From positions 62,001 to 126,000 of the forward strand of contig JAHBMJ010000001.1 of NCBI GenBank assembly GCA_018398765.1: DNA of 64,000 nucleotides, read 5' to 3'. Shown piece after piece: positions 23,384-35,432 of the stretch. The notes under the pieces were generated by a model that did no database searches, was not told the origin of the DNA, and saw only the letters and a list, made by a program, of their open reading frames with translations. The DNA comes from Chromera velia (lineage: Eukaryota). How positions within the stretch are numbered: the stretch's first letter is position 1; each line of letters starts with the position of its first letter. The position numbers and the translations under genes are program-made.

Positions 23384-25271
23384 ATGGGGGGAGGCTTTCT
23401 GTGCTTGTGCTGGTTCAGAGTTCTCTTTTGGCTGGTTGTGTGCTTGTCTGGACCTGCGCTTGGTTTCAGGTTCCCAGGGAATTCCGGTAGCCCTTTTGTG
23501 TTTGCCCCCTCACGAAGGAATCTTTCGACTGCCGTCTCCGACAGGGGGCAAACAGAAGAAGTCCCAGAAAGGGCAGAAGTCCCCCCAGCAAATCCCGACT
23601 TACCGGGACCAGATGAACCCAGGCAAGAAGAGGCCGGGGCCCCTCCCCCGATGGCCACAGGAACGATGTGTCTTCGGCACCCCCCACCGGCCACTTCCGT
23701 CTCCGACCTGAGTGCCCAGGACACAGACGGTCTCGGTTGGTGGCCGCAGGAGCCTGAGGGCGGCGTGAAGGACCCTGTGTTTCCAGAGGCCCCCATTGAT
23801 CTTGAGTTCTTCGATGTGTTCATCAGGGCCACCCAGAACAATGAGGATACGGTGCCTGATGAGGCCTTAGAGGAATTAGCTCGGCAGATTCGTGAGAAGA
23901 GCGCCGTCTCCTGGGACGCACCGTCTCTCTTATCCCTGGAGACGGCAACTCGGCATGATGGAGAGTCTACGAAGGAGTCCGAGTCAGACCTGCTGGATGT
24001 TTTGTGCACCCGTGACTTTCTGGCAGCAGACGACTTATTCGAGAGTGTCATCGTGGGGGGGGAGAAATCACTTCGCCGTGCGAAAGTAAAGGCTCTTCGA
24101 GAGGGGGTGCCGGACGGAGAGAGCCGGGAGGTACTGGAGAAAAAGGCCGTCTTCGCACACATGTGAGTGGAGGGCAATCGTGAATTATTCTTTCTTTCTT
24201 TCTTGTTGTGCGTGAACATCTTTGGGGAGGGGACAGTTTTCAATGGACTTCTGCGATCTGCTTTGGGGAGTGGTAGAAGGAGAAAGAAAAGGAAGTGGAC
24301 AATGGAGAGTGGTCTGACGCATGGAACCAATTCTGACTTCTCTGACCTTTTACTGTCTCTCTGTCTTTCTCTCTGTCCGACTGTTTGATTGTCTGCTTTG
24401 GTGCCGGGGTGGTTATATGTGTCGGTTTGTCTGTTGCCTGACAAGAAGCGAATGAGACAAGCAGGCGGCATCCCTTTATTGTGCAGAAAGTGTGTGAAAA
24501 GATGGCTGGACGGTCAGACGCTCGCTCCCCTTTTCTTCCCCTTGTTCCGCACACAAACAGAATATTGGACCCATTTTTCACCCTCGATTTTGCTCTGTCG
24601 CTAGTACAATTCATAGATAGAAAATGTGTGTGTCCATTGCCTGTTTGCAGCCTGGCTGCGAGGGCCACCCTTCAAGATCGGGCAGGTAAGGTGACTGCGG
24701 GCCTTTTGTCCTCGTGGGAGGCGCTGAAGATGCTCAAGAACCTCCAGGGATCATCCCATCCTTCTACAAGGTTCACTGAGGAAGTGGCAAAGGACACACG
24801 GAGAAGGTGGGCAAACAGGCAGCTTTTGTTTGTTTGTTTGTGTGTTTGTGTGTTTGCGTGTTTTTCTTTTTGTTGGTATGTCAAAATAGGAAAACGGCCA
24901 GGAAGGGCCTGTCCGTGGTGTAGGAGGATAGAAAGGAACGGCTTTCTCTAGAGCTCTGTCTGTCTTTATTTCTTTGTTCAGCCAGGGAGGGACCTCCTCC
25001 CTCCGACAAAATCCCCGATTGACAATGGAATGAATTTGTTGAATCGATAACTTCAGACCCCCCCGTGCTCTTTTTGAAGGGAATCAAGTCGACTCGCCTC
25101 TCTCCTTCAACTCTTTTCGAGATGGAGAAAAAAAAGGAATTCGGTGAGGTTGTCACGCATGCCATGCTCACGTGCCGGATAGATTAATACATGGATGGAT
25201 GGATGACAGAATGGATGGATGAGTCTTGAATTGCATTCAACGGTTGCAGGTACGACCAGTGTGGAGGATGA
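23384..25271 (+). CDS. Hypothetical protein with bipartite (putative plastid) leader and TPR-like helical C-terminus, 3 exons
   Basis: Exons 23384-24162, 24651-24806 and 25250-25271 join in frame. Hydrophobic signal ...LSGPALG-FRF is followed by a Ser/Arg-rich stretch. C-terminal ALKMLKNLQGSSHPST resembles kinesin-light-chain-type TPR ends. The last exon is less certain. Confidence 0.7.
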
Positions 25272-25763
25272 TAAAGCGCCCAGCCCTGAGAGGAACGACC
25301 TGACAGGAACGGAGAGAGAGAGGGGTGGGGGACAGCATTTGCAAACAGAGAGTTGCGTATGTGCCTCTCTCTGACTCTCTCTGTCTGTCTGTCGTTTCAA
25401 ACCTCAGGTGCTGGGCTTTCTTTGCTTGGGCAACGGTTCCGTGCTCAATTCTTCCCTCCGCTCGATCGACTTCTTTGATCGTCTACCTTTTTTTATTCTC
25501 TGGTTTGGCATGAAAGGGCCTGGGTCAAGTTGGCGTCTCTCTCTTTTCCTCTCTGCCCTGTCGCGTCGCTTTGCTTCTACTCCCGTTTTATTGGTGGAGG
25601 GAACGGAAGAAAGGAGACGGGAGAGAATTGAGGGAAGTAGATCGAAGAGATGCAACGGACACGCCCACCCTCCATGAATGATTGATTGCATGGTGTCTTT
25701 TGTCTTTTGCGTGTCGAATTTTAAAAACATGCGTGTGAGGTTCTCTCCTTGTCTGCATTAGAA

Positions 25764-25803
<40 letters not shown>

Positions 25804-28335
25804 GCCTGCCTGCCTTTGAGAGCGCTTACGGCCTACTGTGGATGTTGTGGAGTGCGGGGATGAAGCAGACCAAGAGGAATCTTCTTTTATTGATTTCTCT
25901 TTCTGCTTCTGTCAGATCAGCCCCTGAAACGTCTGCATGTGCTGGTTGGTGGGTGGATGAGGGGCGAATTGCGGTCTGGTTTTATCGGGCGTAGATTAGA
26001 CGTGGAGAGGCGCCCCAGCTGTTGGCACATGTGTGTGCGTGTGTGGGTGAATGAGTGTGGAAGAATAAGTGTGTGTGAGTGCGTTGCCTACCCAAACGAG
26101 TGGATTTGTGTCGGACAATGAAGCTGGAATGGAAAACGATTCCTTGTACGTGTACGAACGTGTGCAAACATTTTTTAAAACAAGAAAGAGCCCGAATGTG
26201 CATTCGTGATTCTGGATGTAATGTGGAAAAAACGGTCTTGTAAGCTCGCCTCCTGCCCCTCTGACCGAATGGACGTTTCTTTCGTTCACTTCACGTTTTG
26301 GGAGTGCTTTCAATCAGTCAATACTTCCTTCCTGCGAAGAACTAGGCGCAAATTTCGGTTCGGTTGCCGGGAACGCCGCGTTCTGAGGGCCATCTCTTTC
26401 TCTGGTTGTGTTGACTTGATTGGAACTCCCCTTGCAGACATGCAGTCGATCGCTTTTTTCGGTCTTTGGTCGATCCTGCTGTGAAGCCAGCCGCTTGTTT
26501 GTGCTTGCGTGCAAGAAATAGGGCAGCTCCTCTCCCTTCTCACTAGGGCCAGGCATACGATCAGTCGAACCACCAGAGTTCCCTCCCTCATGCAATTGGT
26601 TGAGTGAGTCCGGCCATGCATTCCAAGGAGGTGTGTGCAGGTCGCATGGTGGATCTGACATGATGCAGTGCATGCAGGGTGAAGGGAGGGTGGAGTATTG
26701 ACGGACACGTTCGCCATGCCAGGGAACTTGCTGAGGGAAGCGTGGGTCAGAGAATCAAGTGGACTGCTTCTGGGAAGATCGATCGATCGATGCATGGATG
26801 AGGAAATGATCGATCGACATGCACTGCAAAGGGGAGGAGTGCTTGAGCGTACGAGCCGCTGAATCTTCCGTGACACAAGTTCTGTCGCATTCTCAAACGT
26901 CTTTAGTGCACAACTTCAGAATTTGCCTTCTGGGCCTATAATCAGGTCTAGAGTCGTCAGTCGTGCAGCCATTTTTTTTGTACAAAAAATAAACTCTTGC
27001 ATAAACTATATATCTATTAGATTCTGTTATCATCATTATCATCATCATACGCCATCGCTATCGGTTCATAATAGGCGTCTAGCGTTCGGCAAGTCATAAC
27101 ACGTAAGGCAGATTGTTAAATGATGGACCCTCTAATACTACCTCGAATCCTCGATAGTATAACCCACTTTCATCCATCCACATACACTCTCTCACCCCTG
27201 TCATACCCACAGCACACTCGAAACGTACCCCACCTCCGTTTTGGATCCAACTTTTGCCTTTCGTCTTCGCATGCACGCAGGCTGCTGAGGTTTGGCTGTT
27301 GCGCAGTTTCTTGTGATAAGGACTTGACCGCTGACCGCGCCCTTCGTATGCTTGCAGTCAAGAGGGCTGGCTACCAACATCTGGAGGGTTCCTTGGGATC
27401 TCTATCCCCACTCACGTGCACGCCTCTCCAAAGATCAGGGGGAAGGAAGCGAGGAGGGGGCAGTCGGAGGGTGAACACGAGGGCTGAAGGTCAAACAGGG
27501 ATCATCTCTCGTGTATGTGTGTGTGTGTGTATGTGTGTGTGTGTGTGTGTGTGTGTATGTGAGGTGAGAGAAAAAGAGAGAGAACTTACTTGGTTCGTCT
27601 TTCCCTCTTTCTGCTTTACAGTTTGTCCGACCTTTCTGCCAACTATCCTCTTTAGAGTCGGTCCCAAGAACGAAGAACGGACAGACAGATAGGCGGAGGT
27701 GAGGGAGGAAGAACGGACATACTAACAAGAGGGACTGACTGTCTGCTTCTTTTCTTGTCACCATCTTCTTTACTTCATACACACCTACACATACACATAC
27801 ACACACAGAGAGAAAGAGAGAGAGAGAGAGAGAGGGAGGGAGGGAGGGAGGGAGGGAGGGAGAGAGGGAGGGAGAGCCAGAGAGCCAAAGACACAGACAG
27901 AGAGACAGAGACAGAAAGAGACGGAGGGGCAGAGGGAATGTATTTGTTGCCTTTTGCTACTATCCTTTGCCTCTCAGACACAGAGACGAAGACAGACAGA
28001 AAGACTGAGAGATTCTCTGTGTCTGCAACATAGTTGAAGGAACAAAAGCGGGGGTCATAAAAAGTGGCGACAGAATTAACGGAAAGAATTTGTCTATGCC
28101 TGCCTCTCCGTCTGATTATCTGTCTGCCTCTCTGTCTGCGATGTAAAGGGAGAAAGGGAAAAGGAAAGACACACGCAGTCCATTAGCCCTCTCTGTCTCG
28201 GTCGTTTCTTTTTTCAAAGAGAAAAAGAAGAGGATGAGATAGCATGAAGAATGAAACATACAGTCCGTCCGTCTGTCGGCTCGTCTCTCTGTCTATGACG
28301 GGAAGAAGAGGAGCAAAAGGCAAAAAATGTATTCC

Positions 28336-28367
<32 letters not shown>

Positions 28368-28385
28368 GTCTGTCTGTCTGTCTGT

Positions 28386-28416
<31 letters not shown>

Positions 28417-28549
28417 CTGCTGTTGCTGCCTTGTAAGCGAAAGTAGAAGAAAAGAAACGAACACGTCCAGATGGAAAGAATGTGGAAGTGTAAAGGTGTA
28501 AGCCTGCACTGGGCAAAGAAGGGCCGCAGGGTACGCCTGGAGCAGCTGC

Positions 28550-28746
28550 TCTGTCTGTCTCTCTGTCTGCCTGTCTGTCTGTTACCCTTCCACTGAGAGA
28601 GCGCACCAAAAGAAAAAAGAAAGAAACAGAAGAGAATGAAGAAGGAGAAAAAGGGAAAGAAAAGATGATTTAGTCTGTCTATCTGTTTGTTTGTCTGTCT
28701 GTCTGTCGTGTTCATGAAGAAAAGAAGGGAGGAGAAGAAACATGTA

Positions 28747-28782
<36 letters not shown>

Positions 28783-29280
28783 GCCTGCCTGCCTGCCTGT
28801 CTGTCTGTCTGTCTGTCTGTGTAGAAGAAACATATAGTCTGTCTCTCTGTTGCATTCATAAAGAAAAGGAGTGAGAAGAAGAAGAAACATGTAATCTGTC
28901 TGTCTGTCTGTCCATCTGTTTGTCTGTTCTTTTGTTTTTATTCTTTCTTTCTTTTTGTGTGTGGTGTTCATGAAAAAAAAGAGGGAGAAGAAGAAGAAAC
29001 ATATAGTCTATCTGTCTGTCTGTCTGTCTGTCTTTCTCTCTTTCTTTCTGTCTGTCTGTCTGCCTGCCTGCCTGCCTGCCTGCCTGTCTGTCTGTCTATC
29101 TGTCTGTCTGTTCATGAAAAAAAGAAGGGAGAGGAAGAAACATATAGTCCCTCTTTCTTTCTTTCTTTTTGTCTGTTGTGTTCATGAAGAAAAAGAGGGA
29201 GAAGAAGAAGAAACATATAGTTTGTCTGAAGAGAATGAAGAAGAACAAAAAGGAAAAAAAAGATGATATAGTCTGTCTCT
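28550..29280. repeat. Complex repeat: purine-rich ~45-bp unit alternating with (TCTG)n; partial copy at ~51785-51890
   Basis: GTTCATGAAGAAAA..GGGAG..GAAGAAACATRTAGT recurs about five times between 28710 and 29222. CCTTCCACTGAGAGAGCGC.CCAAAAGAA...GAAACAGAAGAGAATGAAGAAGGAG occurs at ~28586 and ~51792. Confidence 0.8.
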
Positions 29281-29287
29281 GTCTTTA

Positions 29288-29322
<35 letters not shown>

Positions 29323-29846
29323 GTCTCTCTCTCTCGCTCTCTCGTTCTTGCTCTGTGTGTGTGTATGTGTGTGTGTATACTGATTTTCTTTCTCTTTCTC
29401 TCTTCCTCTTTCTCTTTCTTCCAATGTTTATCCGTGGGACTATCCGTCCGTCTTTCTATCCGTTAGTGTGGCCCCTTCAATCAAGCAAAGCCTGCCTACA
29501 TGGATTTTCTCTTCTAACTCTTTTATTCCTCTCTCCATCCCTTTGTTCCTTGTCAATTAATTTCTATCCATCCACCGCATATCCTCCTGCGTGCATGCTC
29601 GTAAGACAGGCAGCCGCGCATGCATGATAGATGCGTTGCACGCATACTTGGAGATGGATGGCTTGATTGCTGTCTGTCACTCTGACCGTCCCTTCTGATT
29701 CATCTTCTCCTCTCTTCTCTTCTCCTCTCGTCTCCTTTCCTCTCTCTCCTCTCCTTTCTTCTCCCTTGTCCGTTTCTGTCCTGAAAGAAAACGAAAAGAG
29801 AGCTAGGCGAAGGAGGGAAGGCTGCCGCGGGAGGGACTCTTTTACC

Positions 29847-30066
29847 GTCAGTCAGTGAGTCAGTCAGTCAGTGAGTCAGTCAGTGAGTCAGTCAGTTAGT
29901 GAGTTAGTCAGTGAGTCAGTCAGTGAGTCAGTCAGTCAGTGAGTCAGTCAGTCAGTCAGTCAGTCAGTGAGTCAGTCAGTCAGTCAGTCAGTCAGTCAGT
30001 GAGTCAGTCAGTCAGTCAGTCAGTCAGTCAGTTAGTCAGTCGGTCGGTCGGTCAGTCAGTCAGTCA
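29847..30066 (+). repeat. (GTCA/GTGA)n microsatellite
   Basis: Read directly from the sequence. Confidence 0.95.
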
Positions 30067-30596
30067 GGCGGTCAATCAGTCTTTTTTTGAGTGAAAGGAA
30101 GAAAGGGGGCCGTGCTTGGTTTGGAAGAACGACTGCATGCATGAATGTTTCAAGATGAACCTCAGCGACATGATTGTATGCGGAGTTTTGCACACGGTCC
30201 TTTCATTTTAATTTGACTGGTCTTTCTATCTATCAAAGAAAAGAGAAGAAAAGCAAAGCCCTATAGTCTATTTGTTCGTCTTACTCTATATGTTTACCCG
30301 CCTCAGTTCTGGCATGTTTATGTAAAATCTAGTGCAAAATGTAGTACTTCGATTATATGTTGTAATGATACTTTCAGAATGAAAGTCCGATTAAACCTAG
30401 GATTAAACCTATAAGATTAAAAGCCCAGCTCTAGGTATAAACACAGTAATTCAATTAAAGTTTTTTTTAGTCCTAGCTTTAGTCTTCTTAGTTAAATTTC
30501 ACATCAAATTTAACAATGTTTCACGAGTATAATATGTAGAAAAGGATTGTTTATCGTACTGATTTTTATAAAATTATAAATTTATTTTAATTTGAT

Positions 30597-31134
30597 TTTT
30601 GATTGATTGATTGATATGTTCCGCCCTAGGGCCTTCCCGCTATGTCTATCTGTCGCCAGAGCTAGCAGGGTTTAATTACTATTCATATGGAACATTCTCC
30701 TGATATTACTCCTTCATCCCTGTGTGATTGCCTGAGCCCACCCGGAAGAGGAAGAAAGAATTAAAGAGAAGTGAGAGGCAGTATGGTATTGGGATGCGAA
30801 GTAGAAAAAAGTTTGGACCAAGTTGTCTGCGCCGGAAGAGGGCATTGCTATCAGCTGAAGTAGTAAGTTAGATGGAAGACCTAGTGGAAGACCTTCACCT
30901 GGGAGCCAGCAGCTTTGATGAAGAAACATGCTTTTCAAGAGATTGAAGCTTCTGATGAATCTGATCTGAAGTGTTAATTAAGGTAGTATAGCTTTGCGTC
31001 CTAGAAAATATAAACTTTTCGCTGCCCTAGTCCCTGCCTAACGTTAGAAGTATCCAGCTACCTCTGGATATGGATAACGACGGCGCGTGACCGCACGTCA
31101 TAGTCATAGTCATTCTCTTGATATTACTCCTTCA
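30597..31134. mobile_element. Degenerate dispersed-repeat cluster, possibly non-LTR retroelement relics
   Basis: A 24-bp direct repeat CATTCTCYTGATATTACTCCTTCA lies at 30693-30716 and 31111-31134. There is a (TTGA)n tail at ~30599-30615. Positions 30996-31113 are similar to 45300-45443. Confidence 0.45.
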
Positions 31135-31251
31135 AAAAATCATGTATAATCATACAAAAACTAGCCCAAAAAAATGAAAAAATACTGGCCTTAGTAGCTT
31201 GCATGAGTGTTAAAGAATGGTATAGTAGACCGGTTTAGAGACAGGTGTAAA

Positions 31252-33285
31252 TCATAAATAGACTCGGAGTTTATCTTTGATTGCCGCTCGACAAATTGGG
31301 CATTCGGACAAATTAAAAGCACAGGGGGCGCAGGCTTTTAGGTGGCGACAGGGAAGAAAAACTACGGACACCCGGGAGGTCAAACAAATGATGCACGCCA
31401 TGCGTGCAAGCATGTCCCGAAGTCCGGGGCCCTGGTGCGCTGGCAACAGCAACCAGTCTTCCTCCTCCCCCCCACCTGGTCGTATATCTCTATGCAAACC
31501 TGTCTCCGTGCACTCATCCGGTTTTTCTCCTAACGCCTTGGCAGCTTCAGAGACTGGTGGGGACTCGAGAGAAGGAGAGACTGCAGGAACACCGGCATGA
31601 TTCAGAGAGCACCCAGCAGGAGTAGAGGGGCCCAGGGAAAGGTCGCATTCGGGAAGGCATTCCACCGAGAGATCCTCTAGACCTCCCGCCCCTCCCAGCA
31701 TCAGACGGCTCTCTCCCGGAAGAGTCCCACTTTGACTCTGTTGTCTGCCCCGTGTTCTTCCGCTCCACTTGGGGCTGTGGGGTCGTCTCTGCATGCATTC
31801 GTTTTCACACAGAAATGAAAATGATTTTCATTTCAGAATATGTATGACAATGAATGCATGCACCGCTCCACTTGGGGCTGTGGGTCGTCTCTGCAGAGGA
31901 GATGGGAAAGTCCGGATGAATGGACCTCGGCTTTGTAGATTAATCCTGACTTGCAGCCATTCCCGCCTTGAGTGAAACGCTCGCTTTGCCATTGAGGAAA
32001 TGCTTCAGCCGTTAATTAATCGAGGTTTCAAACAAGAAGAGAATCTCAGTTTACCCACACTGAAGTTTGCACGACAGATGACAGCATGCAAGGGCAGAAA
32101 GAAGACGACTAGCCGAGATCATCTGAAAAGAGAAAATGAAAATATAACCTGCATGAAAGAGAAAGGAAGAAAAACGACGGACGGACAGACCCCAGAGGCC
32201 ATTCTTGCTGCGCACACCACACACACATCTATTTGGCAGAGAGTGCAATGGTAGAGCCCTCGTCCTCCAGATGCGAGATCCGCCTGTCCACATACATTGC
32301 ACAAAGCGCGTTTCGCAGACCCATACTCAGCTGGGTTGCACGCACTGAAGACTGTGCGATGCCCGCTGGCACATCTTGGACGCTTGGCAAACGGAAGCTG
32401 CAGGGCATTATAAATGCAGCATGATTTTGCTTTCACAAATGCTTGATCACCGTTTCTGTACGATCTCAAAGCTTGAAGTGACACAAAAATGAACTGAGAA
32501 ACGGAAAAAAAAAAAAAGAAAAGGAAAGTAGTGCACGAGCAGTCGGATATAATTGAGGGAATGAAAACAATTCATTCCAGTGCAGGCAGGAAAGTCAAGA
32601 GGATACTGAAAGCTGACTGACCACAGGCATCCTCATCCGCACCAACGGAGGCGGTCCCTCGAGAGCTTCCTGTCCCCTCTGCTGGGTGTGACTATGTCTC
32701 TGCTCTGCTGCACATGGAGGGCTCCACCCTTCAGTGAGGCGGTCTCCTTTTTGCCCCGTTGTCCCACCGTAAGCCGAAGAAGAGGAGGAGGAGGAGACTG
32801 GGGCAATTTCTCCTCCCACCCTGATACGATTCTTCCATTGCCCCCCTGACAGTGTACCTAGAGGGGTGCAGAGGTCGGCAGGGACCTGCAAAATGGAAAA
32901 CAATTAAAGGAAAGGGCAGGAATTAAGGGAAGGAAACGGAGAGACGATAGAAAGAGAAAAAAATAAAGAAATGCGCAGTGGCTCAACAGAGTGATAAAGC
33001 TTTTGTTGGTAAAACACGTAAATATTTTCCGTATTATTTCGTAAACAGTCATTCAACCACTAGATTCTTTCGGTCCGTGGTTTCAATTCCCTTTTGGGTG
33101 GATCGATTTGTTTTCTGAACAAGTCTCCGGGCGGCTGGGATGGTGTGAAGAGATTGTCATTTCATTCAAGCGAGTTTCAGGGTGAGTAAAAGAAAGAGAT
33201 TTATTGATTCGGGATTTGGACGGGAAAACGAAAAAAAGGACCGCCAAATTTCCTGCTGCTCTCCATGCTTGATTGCTTCTCTCGT

Positions 33286-33327
<42 letters not shown>

Positions 33328-35432
33328 TTCCTTTCTTTCTTCCTTCCTTTCTTTCTTTCTTTCTTTCTTTCTTTCTGTCTGTCTGTCTGTCTGTCTGCCT
33401 CTCTGTGTCTGTCTGTCTGTGTGTCTGTGTGTCTGTCTGTCTGTCTGTCTGTCTTGTTCGCTCCAAAGAAGTAACGATCTAATCCTTCAGTTCTTTTGCC
33501 AAAGAAAACAACGAACCGACTGACATGGACAACTTCCTGAAGATACTCGACCTGCTCACTGCCCCCCGTCTGATCACTGAACTCGCTCAGTTGCTCCCAC
33601 TCCTCTTCCTCTCCCACATCAACAATCTCCCCTCTCCTCTCCCGGACTGACACTCCTCTCCCTCTGGCCTCTCCCTCACCCCCTGTCTGTCTACCTCTAC
33701 GCTCCCAAACCTCGAATTGGCACTCGAAGTCGACCGCACAGATCGGACAGATGTCAATCGAGCACTCCTTGCACCTGCTCAGAAAACAAAAAGAAAAGAA
33801 ATCATACGGATTCTGCCCAGATCTTCGCGAGACTTTAAGATTGCAATCAGAAAGAACGAGAAAAACAGGCGCTTCACTGAAATTCAAAGAAGAGAGACGT
33901 GCAAGCAGAGACGTTCGTCGAGGAGAGAGAACCAAAACAAAGAGAGCAAGCATCAGAGAGGCACTGACACCGACCTACCGGTAGAAAAAAGGAAAAGCAG
34001 CCACTGAAGTCCGATGTGTTTCTTCTGTCTGATGTCCTCCCTCTTTTGGCCGCTCTCTGGAAGAGCTGGAAGAGGATTTCGAAGAACCCTCCTCCGTCTG
34101 TCCATGAGTAGGACTGTTTCTTGGCTGCTGAGCATTTGTGTTTGTGTTCGCATTCCTTCTGCCACAGAGTGAACAAACCCACAGGGCTAGCCTGACCGAA
34201 ACAGGACTGGTGGCTGCGCTGTTCTGCGGTAGCGATTCTGAAGGAGCACACGCGTGCGAATTGTGCTCAGCGGCCTCCTTGGAATCTTTGTGCGAGTTCT
34301 GCTCAGGCTCCGCGTCAAATGAAGACGAAACTTTGGAATGCTCTTCTTCCATGCTGAGTGGTTTTTCGGATTCTTTGTTTGAACAGACATTGACTGGACG
34401 TTTCGTTTCGTCTTCTCTCTCTTCTTCTACAACAGAACGCAGTTTGAACGTTGGAAGGGTGTCAATGCCACTGCCTGGATTTCCTTCTTCCAGTTCATGT
34501 TCGTCTTCGTCTTTTTTCTTCTCTAACGAAGAAGCAGACGACGTCTTCGGAGGTCCTGGACCTTCCCTCTTCTGAGAAGGACCGCGGACGGGGGACAGAG
34601 AGGGAGAAGAGACCTCCGTTCCCTTCCGATCTAAAGTCCGGAGAGAAAATAGGTCGACAGGGCGACTTTCCTCATTTGATTTCTCGGCCCGTGTCTGTTT
34701 TGATTCAGAAACCTGTCTTTGGTTGAATGTAGGGCCCACAGTGGAAGGGCACGAGGAAGCGGCTGCAGTGTTTGGGAGACCTGTAGCGCTGTGGGTGCAT
34801 GCCATTCTTGTTTCTGAGTGTGTAGGTGAACTTCCTCGAAGGTGTGTGGCCACCTCTGGGATTTGCATGGGTGCGATGGGGGGCTGGCGGTTAGCTGAAG
34901 CAGCAGGCTGTAGAGAGGAAGGAGGAGGGCCTGCAAAGGAGGAGAGACGCACACACTGGTGACCTACTGGGCATCGAGCGTAGAAGGGTGGAGGGGGAGG
35001 GGGTCTTCTCCTTATGGAGGTGTTAGTCATTGCTGTTTTTTGTTTTCCTCTTTGAGGATTGGGTCTGTTTGACGATGTAGGAGGGGGGAATGGTGGGGGG
35101 GGCGGAGGGGGGGGTGGGGGGTTTTCTGTCGTGCAGCTGGCTGAGTCGCTTGCTGCTTCCTGAAAATCCGGACTCGCCAGAAAGCACCCGCACTGTGAAC
35201 AGAGATCATACTGACATCGTCTACAGTGGAAGAACGATCGAGGGGTCACTCCTTCCCCCAAATCTGTCCGTCCACACGCATCACAAAAGACGCCGCCTTC
35301 ATAATTGGGGGGGGGGTGCCGGAGCTTTCGCATCACATGACCAGAGGGACAGAAGGGGGGAGGGGGCCGTCTCGGAGGGGGGGGCGGTGAAAGATCATCA
35401 GAAAGGGGGTGCTGCCGTGAAGATGCCGACAT
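31252..35432 (-). CDS. Putative E3 ubiquitin ligase: three ZZ/C1-like zinc fingers and a C-terminal RING-HC (IAP/Mind-bomb-like)
   Basis: Exons 35432-33979, 33774-33525, 32885-32622, 32397-32191, [micro-exon 31890-31864] and 31788-31252. Three repeats of C-x2-GH...CxxC...(F/Y)xCxxCxxDxCxxC. RING: CIICLTSRVSVVFLPCRHLKACAPCAFNLSECPICRAAI...VYL*. Confidence 0.88.

Noticed and set aside
23128..24471. 447-aa minus-strand ORF
   Set aside because: It is the antisense shadow of the plus-strand exon 23384-24162, which has a signal peptide and phase-consistent splice sites.
25900..26900. Protein-coding gene (ORF 26310-26876 and neighbours)
   Set aside because: No motif, rich in TGCATG and ATCGAT words typical of non-coding flanks here, and no consistent exon chain.
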